Below are positions 20,570 to 25,021 of a stretch of 25,021 nucleotides of DNA, one piece after another (position 1 is the stretch's first letter; every line of letters begins with the position of its first letter). The notes beneath the pieces are model-generated. The model was given only the letters and a program-made list of their open reading frames with translations. It was not told the DNA's origin and made no database searches. A program made the translations under genes and the position numbers. Source of the stretch: Chrysochromulina tobinii (lineage: Eukaryota); the NCBI GenBank assembly GCA_001275005.1, contig JWZX01002881.1, forward strand, positions 62,001 to 87,021, given 5' to 3'.

Positions 20570-22231
20570 ATGATTGGAGCAGCCTTCGAGGCCGCAGCTG
20601 GAGGGCCACAATTTGCCGTTCGCGTGTGCATGCTTTCTGGGTGCACACCTCTGTGTGTGTATCGCGTTTATTTTTGGATTTCCACGACTTTTGGAAGCGG
20701 CCGCGCTGTCGCAGGGGCTGCGCATCTTCACGATCTTCTTTGCCTGCTTGGCGTTGTTTTTGTAGCCGGCTCGATCAACGTCATCGCCGACTGGTTCTCC
20801 GAGCAAGGGCAAAAGCGCTTCATTGCACAGCAGCGCGTGGTGCTCGAGAATTCGCACCGCGTCGCGGCAGTGCTCAAGGGGACGGGCACGGTTGTGGGCA
20901 CGGTTGAGGAGGAGGGGACGCGGCAGACACCAGTAGCTCGCCAACGGGAGCGCTCGTCCATCGCCGTTGCCTGCGATGCCGCATCTTCATGGGCCTCATC
21001 ATGCTTCGAGCCCATCCTCAGACGCCTCCCGGACATGAAGTTCCTCGGACGCCTCCAGGCGCTGCGCCTGGCCTTCGTCTTCTTCTGCTTATGCATCATC
21101 CTTGGAGAGGTTGAGAACTATCAAATCGAAGGGTGCGGCGGGTTTGGCGCCGGGTGGTCGTGCGGCGGCAACGTGGGGTGCGACGCGTGGAAGCTGAGCC
21201 ATGAGAACGGCGGCTACTGCTGGTCGTGGGTCGATGAGTTCTATTTTGGGATCATCACCTACTTGACCATTGGGTATGGCGACGTCCATCCGCACACCAA
21301 AGGGGGCAAGTTGCTGGCGGCGTTTCTCGTGGTTTTTGGCGTCCTTTCCTTCTCAACCTTGCTGACCGAGATCAACGTCATGGTGCGGTTCGGCGCCGAT
21401 AAGACTCTGCGCCAGCGTCTCGTAGATCTGCGTGAGGTCATCGAACAGGATGATAACCACACGGTCACCCGAGGTGAGTTCATCTTTTTCAACCTCAAGA
21501 AGATGGGCAAGGTGGACGAAGATATCATCCATCTTCTCAAGGAGCAGTTCAAGGCGCTCGACATGGACAGCAGCGGCGAGCTTGACGCCAACGACATCGC
21601 CAAGCTCTCGGCATCTGCAAACCAGCTCAGTCAACAAAAGCAAAAGGCAAGTGGACGTCGTGGGGCACGGAACGTGCGAGGGAGCATAAACTCCGCGCTT
21701 CCCCTTAGGGAGCTGGCCAACTTGGAGCTAGCAACGATGGAGCAGCAGGCGGGGGAGCAAGGCGAGGGCCTTGGTGCTTCGAATCGATCGGTCGCGGGGT
21801 CGGTTGCATCCCCGGCGGGCGCGGTGGCGTCAACATCGTCGAAGAACGATGAGAGTCACCTTCTGCAGCAGCACCAAGCAGCTGTTTCCTCAGGATCATC
21901 CTCACAAGGAAGCGTCGCCGTCGCAGACGACGTGGAGGAGGGGGAGGGGGATGACGAGGGCGATACATTCGGCGATCTGCCGCCCCCCTCGCCTGATTTC
22001 CGAGCCACTATTGCCAGTGCGGAGAGCGACGAGTTGTCCCCCATGCAAAAACTCATGAGCGGCCTCGGACAACTCTCGACGCGCATGGGCTCCTACTTTT
22101 CGCCTGCCGAGGTCGAGCAGGAGCTGCCGACTCGCATCTCGATACCGGCGAATCGCAGTCCTCAACGGCTGCAAGTTGCACAGGACCTGAAGCCAACGTT
22201 TGACGGGACTTTGGTACCGGTACGCGTCTGA
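20570..22231 (+). CDS. TPK/KCO-type potassium channel with C-terminal EF-hand(s); only one pore domain, 5' part apparently frameshifted
   Basis: WVDEFYFGIITYLTIGYGDVHPHTKGGKL (TxGYGD filter). EFIFFNLKKMGKV and FKALDMDSSGELDANDI match the TPK C-terminus. Confidence 0.85.
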   Translation: MIGAAFEAAAGGPQFAVRVCMLSGCTPLCVYRVYFWISTTFGSGRAVAGAAHLHDLLCLLGVVFVAGSINVIADWFSEQGQKRFIAQQRVVLENSHRVAAVLKGTGTVVGTVEEEGTRQTPVARQRERSSIAVACDAASSWASSCFEPILRRLPDMKFLGRLQALRLAFVFFCLCIILGEVENYQIEGCGGFGAGWSCGGNVGCDAWKLSHENGGYCWSWVDEFYFGIITYLTIGYGDVHPHTKGGKLLAAFLVVFGVLSFSTLLTEINVMVRFGADKTLRQRLVDLREVIEQDDNHTVTRGEFIFFNLKKMGKVDEDIIHLLKEQFKALDMDSSGELDANDIAKLSASANQLSQQKQKASGRRGARNVRGSINSALPLRELANLELATMEQQAGEQGEGLGASNRSVAGSVASPAGAVASTSSKNDESHLLQQHQAAVSSGSSSQGSVAVADDVEEGEGDDEGDTFGDLPPPSPDFRATIASAESDELSPMQKLMSGLGQLSTRMGSYFSPAEVEQELPTRISIPANRSPQRLQVAQDLKPTFDGTLVPVRV

Positions 22232-22644
22232 CACACTCTCGCTACTCGTAAGACGCCTGCCGTTTACGGAAGCAAGATGCGTGCACACAGGGAGAGGTTT
22301 GGAACCATTATGGTGGTGCGACAGTTGCACTGTCAGCGGCACGAGCTCGGCACGAGTTGCCTCTGTGTGCAGACGGGGGACGAGAGGTCAGTGTAGAACC
22401 TAGAGAGACTGCGCTGCGCTGAACATGTACTAGTAGCTTGGGCCACATGCGCATTGACGCATGTTGTGCTTCATGGGGCATGACCCCCACGTAGCGATGA
22501 CCTTGATCACATGGTGTTGCAACATGATGTGGTGTGAGATCAGGCCTCGTAAAGCAGCATTCATGTTGTGTACTTTACATATAGGTGTGGATCATGCAGA
22601 TGAACATGGATGAATAAACTAATGCAGCACTGACTTTTTCCAGC

Positions 22645-23056
22645 CTTCTGCATGCAATTCATGGGGAGCGGCGCGCGCGTCCCTTTCCCTACGCGTGTCG
22701 CGGGTCACGCTCAGCGGAGCAGCCAGGACGGCGCGAGTCGAGGGGGGTCGATAAGGTCCAGGGGGACGAGGGGGGGGAGGGGGGAGAGCACGGCCGGATT
22801 CGTGTGGGCCGCCTGCGCGAGATTCGCAGGGAATCGGAAGGCACACAGGGTTTCGGCGTGCTCGGCGGCACTCCCAACTCATTCGTTGTCGGCGCGCCGG
22901 CAAATCGATCGCGTTCGATAGCGTGGGGAGGAGGGCGCCCGAAGGGGGGGCGGAAGCCGGCCCTTCGGGCGGACTCGGGGCCCCTAAGCGGGCAATAAGC
23001 GGGGACCGATCGGGGACCGGGTCGGCGCGCACCCTCTACGCTTCTGCATGCAATTC
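22645..23056 (+). repeat. Exact 16-bp direct repeat CTTCTGCATGCAATTC (22645-22660 and 23041-23056) flanking a 380-bp GC-rich segment
   Basis: Read directly from sequence. The left copy coincides with an abrupt composition shift. Confidence 0.9.
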
Positions 23057-25021
23057 GTCATATCTCCACAACTCAACGGCGGAAAGAGCACACACACAGT
23101 AGTGATGCGAGAGACGACGTCGGCGGCGCTCGCGCGCCCCGACACGATAGCCCTTTCCGAACCCATGCCGCCGGTGCTCGCACCGCCTGGCCCTCTCACC
23201 GCGGACTCCGGTCTCGCGCCCACCGGAGCGCGCGCTTCCACCGCGCCGGGGGACTCCCCAATGCTTGATATTCCTCCTTCCACGATCTCGGAGTGCTACC
23301 AGACATCGGCGGCAACGCGCCCGCCCTGTGGATTGTTTCAATGCGCCGAACCTGCAACCATTGAAGCCTTCTTCGCCGCCCTCGCCGCAAATTGCAAGGC
23401 CGGCGTCATCAAATCCAACTTTGCTCTGCAATTCCCAAGTGGCTTGCAAGTGGGCATGACACTCTCCCCTGGTCGGCCGATCGTGGCTGCGCCACCAACC
23501 TCTACGCCCGTCGATCCAGCGAGAGCCACCACGTGGGCCGGCAGAGTCGGCCCGCCCACCTCCGTGCGCCCACCGCGCGCATTCGCCGCGCCAGACTCGC
23601 CAACATCGCCGAGTGCGCCCACCATCCTGCCCTTCGCCACCGTACGTGTCAAAGGGCAGCACCTCAACCTACTCAACAACATCGCCTCCACGGGCGCCAA
23701 CCGCAAGACGCACGATGTGCGCCCATACGGGCACCGCCTCGGCGGTGGCGACGGCCTGCTCCTGCGCAACGCGACGACGGGCACGGTCCTTTCTGGCGTA
23801 ACCTCGCGCGTCTGCCTTGATCTCGTCATCACCGGCGACATCGTCACTTACGAATCCGTGGGGGCGCTACAGGCGGCCATCATCCGTGGCGATCTCGGTC
23901 CAGATGCTTGCGCGCTCCCAGACTCTCTGCTGGGACCGGATGACGCGTACATGATCCTCAAGAACGGCCGGAAGGTCTTCACCCCGGAGGCTGCCCAAGC
24001 CTTCTACGATCGGAACTACCCGTCGACGTCGGGCAGGCGCACCGACGGGCGCGTGCTCGCCGTGCCGGTCGCCCCGGCTCCCGACGCGCGACTCCACCGC
24101 ACCCGCGGCGCAACCTCCGGCTCCGCCGCCTCCGTGTCACACCGCGACAGCCGCAACCGTCCGTCGACCGGCGACCGGCCGCCGCCGATCACGCCCGCCA
24201 AGGGACCCGCCGCGGCGCCCGTGCTCCCGCCCCGCAAGCTCTTCGAGCCACCTTCCGAGATGGACGGCTTCTCTGCCCTCGACGCACAGGCCGACTGCCT
24301 GCAGTGCGTCGGCGCCACGGTGCACCAGCACAGGCTGGACCGCGCCACTGGCACCGCCACGCTCCCCGCGCACATCAAGGTCGCGGGCAAGCGGTCCGCA
24401 CCGCTCAACCACGATGGCCACGCTGCCGCGGCCGCCAGCACCGGCGCTGCGCTCGCCGCATCGTGCAACCCTGACGATCGCCCCGCCGCGGACACGACGA
24501 CTTCGATCGACGACCGCTCGGGCGAGATGCGCCTCGACGCTGCGAACGGCAAGCCGTACACATTCGACGCCTTCGTCGATTACTATGGAGAACGGGCCTT
24601 CGAGGCATGGGACGCGGCGACTCCGGCCGCCGTCATCGCCACGAGCCCACAGCGCTCCTCGTCACCACCGCGCCCGCTCCGGGAGGAGCCGCCACTCCCT
24701 GCGAGCCCGAACAAGCGTACCGCTCGGCCAGCACGCACACCGACGCCGTCTTCACCGCCCAAGGCCGCCGCGCTCCCTGCCACGGTGGCCGAGGTGTTGA
24801 AGATGACCGAGGCCGAGGTGTTGGCCATGGAGGTCGCGCCGCCCCTCCCCTCCAGCTGGGAGGACGACGAACTGTCCGCCGACGAGGATCTTGACACTGG
24901 TTGCCCGCGCGTTCTCGCCACTCGCCACCGCCACGACGCCTCCGCTGACCGCCGCGACGCCTCCGCTGACCGCCGCGACGCCTTCGCTGACGCGTCACCG
25001 CCGCGCTCGCCATCCCGCAAA
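23048..25021 (+). CDS. Long 3'-partial ORF (>=658 codons) with ASCH/PUA-like domain and an ExRxD..G..YT...F..YYG....W motif
   Basis: Manual translation shows no stop from ATG 23048 (alternatives 23105, 23165) to the window end. VRVKGQHLNLL...RKTHDVR...GDGLLL...IVTYES...ALPD...AQAFYDRNY...VLAVPV at 23636-24070. Confidence 0.8.
   Translation, partial: MQFVISPQLNGGKSTHTVVMRETTSAALARPDTIALSEPMPPVLAPPGPLTADSGLAPTGARASTAPGDSPMLDIPPSTISECYQTSAATRPPCGLFQCAEPATIEAFFAALAANCKAGVIKSNFALQFPSGLQVGMTLSPGRPIVAAPPTSTPVDPARATTWAGRVGPPTSVRPPRAFAAPDSPTSPSAPTILPFATVRVKGQHLNLLNNIASTGANRKTHDVRPYGHRLGGGDGLLLRNATTGTVLSGVTSRVCLDLVITGDIVTYESVGALQAAIIRGDLGPDACALPDSLLGPDDAYMILKNGRKVFTPEAAQAFYDRNYPSTSGRRTDGRVLAVPVAPAPDARLHRTRGATSGSAASVSHRDSRNRPSTGDRPPPITPAKGPAAAPVLPPRKLFEPPSEMDGFSALDAQADCLQCVGATVHQHRLDRATGTATLPAHIKVAGKRSAPLNHDGHAAAAASTGAALAASCNPDDRPAADTTTSIDDRSGEMRLDAANGKPYTFDAFVDYYGERAFEAWDAATPAAVIATSPQRSSSPPRPLREEPPLPASPNKRTARPARTPTPSSPPKAAALPATVAEVLKMTEAEVLAMEVAPPLPSSWEDDELSADEDLDTGCPRVLATRHRHDASADRRDASADRRDAFADASPPRSPSRK
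24935..24994 (+). repeat. ~3 x 21-bp coding repeat (DASADRR)
   Basis: GACGCCTCCGCTGACCGCCGC twice plus a variant copy. Confidence 0.85.

Larger units (their letters stand above)
22645..25021 (+). mobile_element. Possible left end of a transposable element (terminal ~400-bp segment plus ORF1)
   Basis: Sharp compositional boundary, 16-bp repeat, structured leader, apparently intronless Pro/Ala-rich ORF. No RT, recombinase or transposase visible within the window. Confidence 0.35.

Overview
GC-rich eukaryotic genomic DNA, gene-dense, with short GT-AG introns. Gene families and style suggest a haptophyte alga (inference only). About 11 protein-coding loci: an ARM plus Ala-rich coiled-coil protein (runs off the left end), a hypothetical protein, an AI-2E family transporter, a degenerate cNMP-binding protein, a six-EF-hand protein head-to-head with a putative CBP60/CudA-like Ig-fold transcription factor (separated by an 87-bp foldback element), a small spliced 2-TM protein, a low-complexity protein, a membrane-anchored poly-Pro-stalk protein with a possible ART-like domain, and a TPK-type K+ channel that appears to have lost pore 1. 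At the right end, a long ORF missing from the supplied track encodes an ASCH-like domain. It is preceded by a 380-bp GC-rich segment bracketed by an exact 16-bp direct repeat and a CATG-rich tract, and may be the left end of an undescribed mobile element. All domain calls are by-eye motif recognition, not database results.
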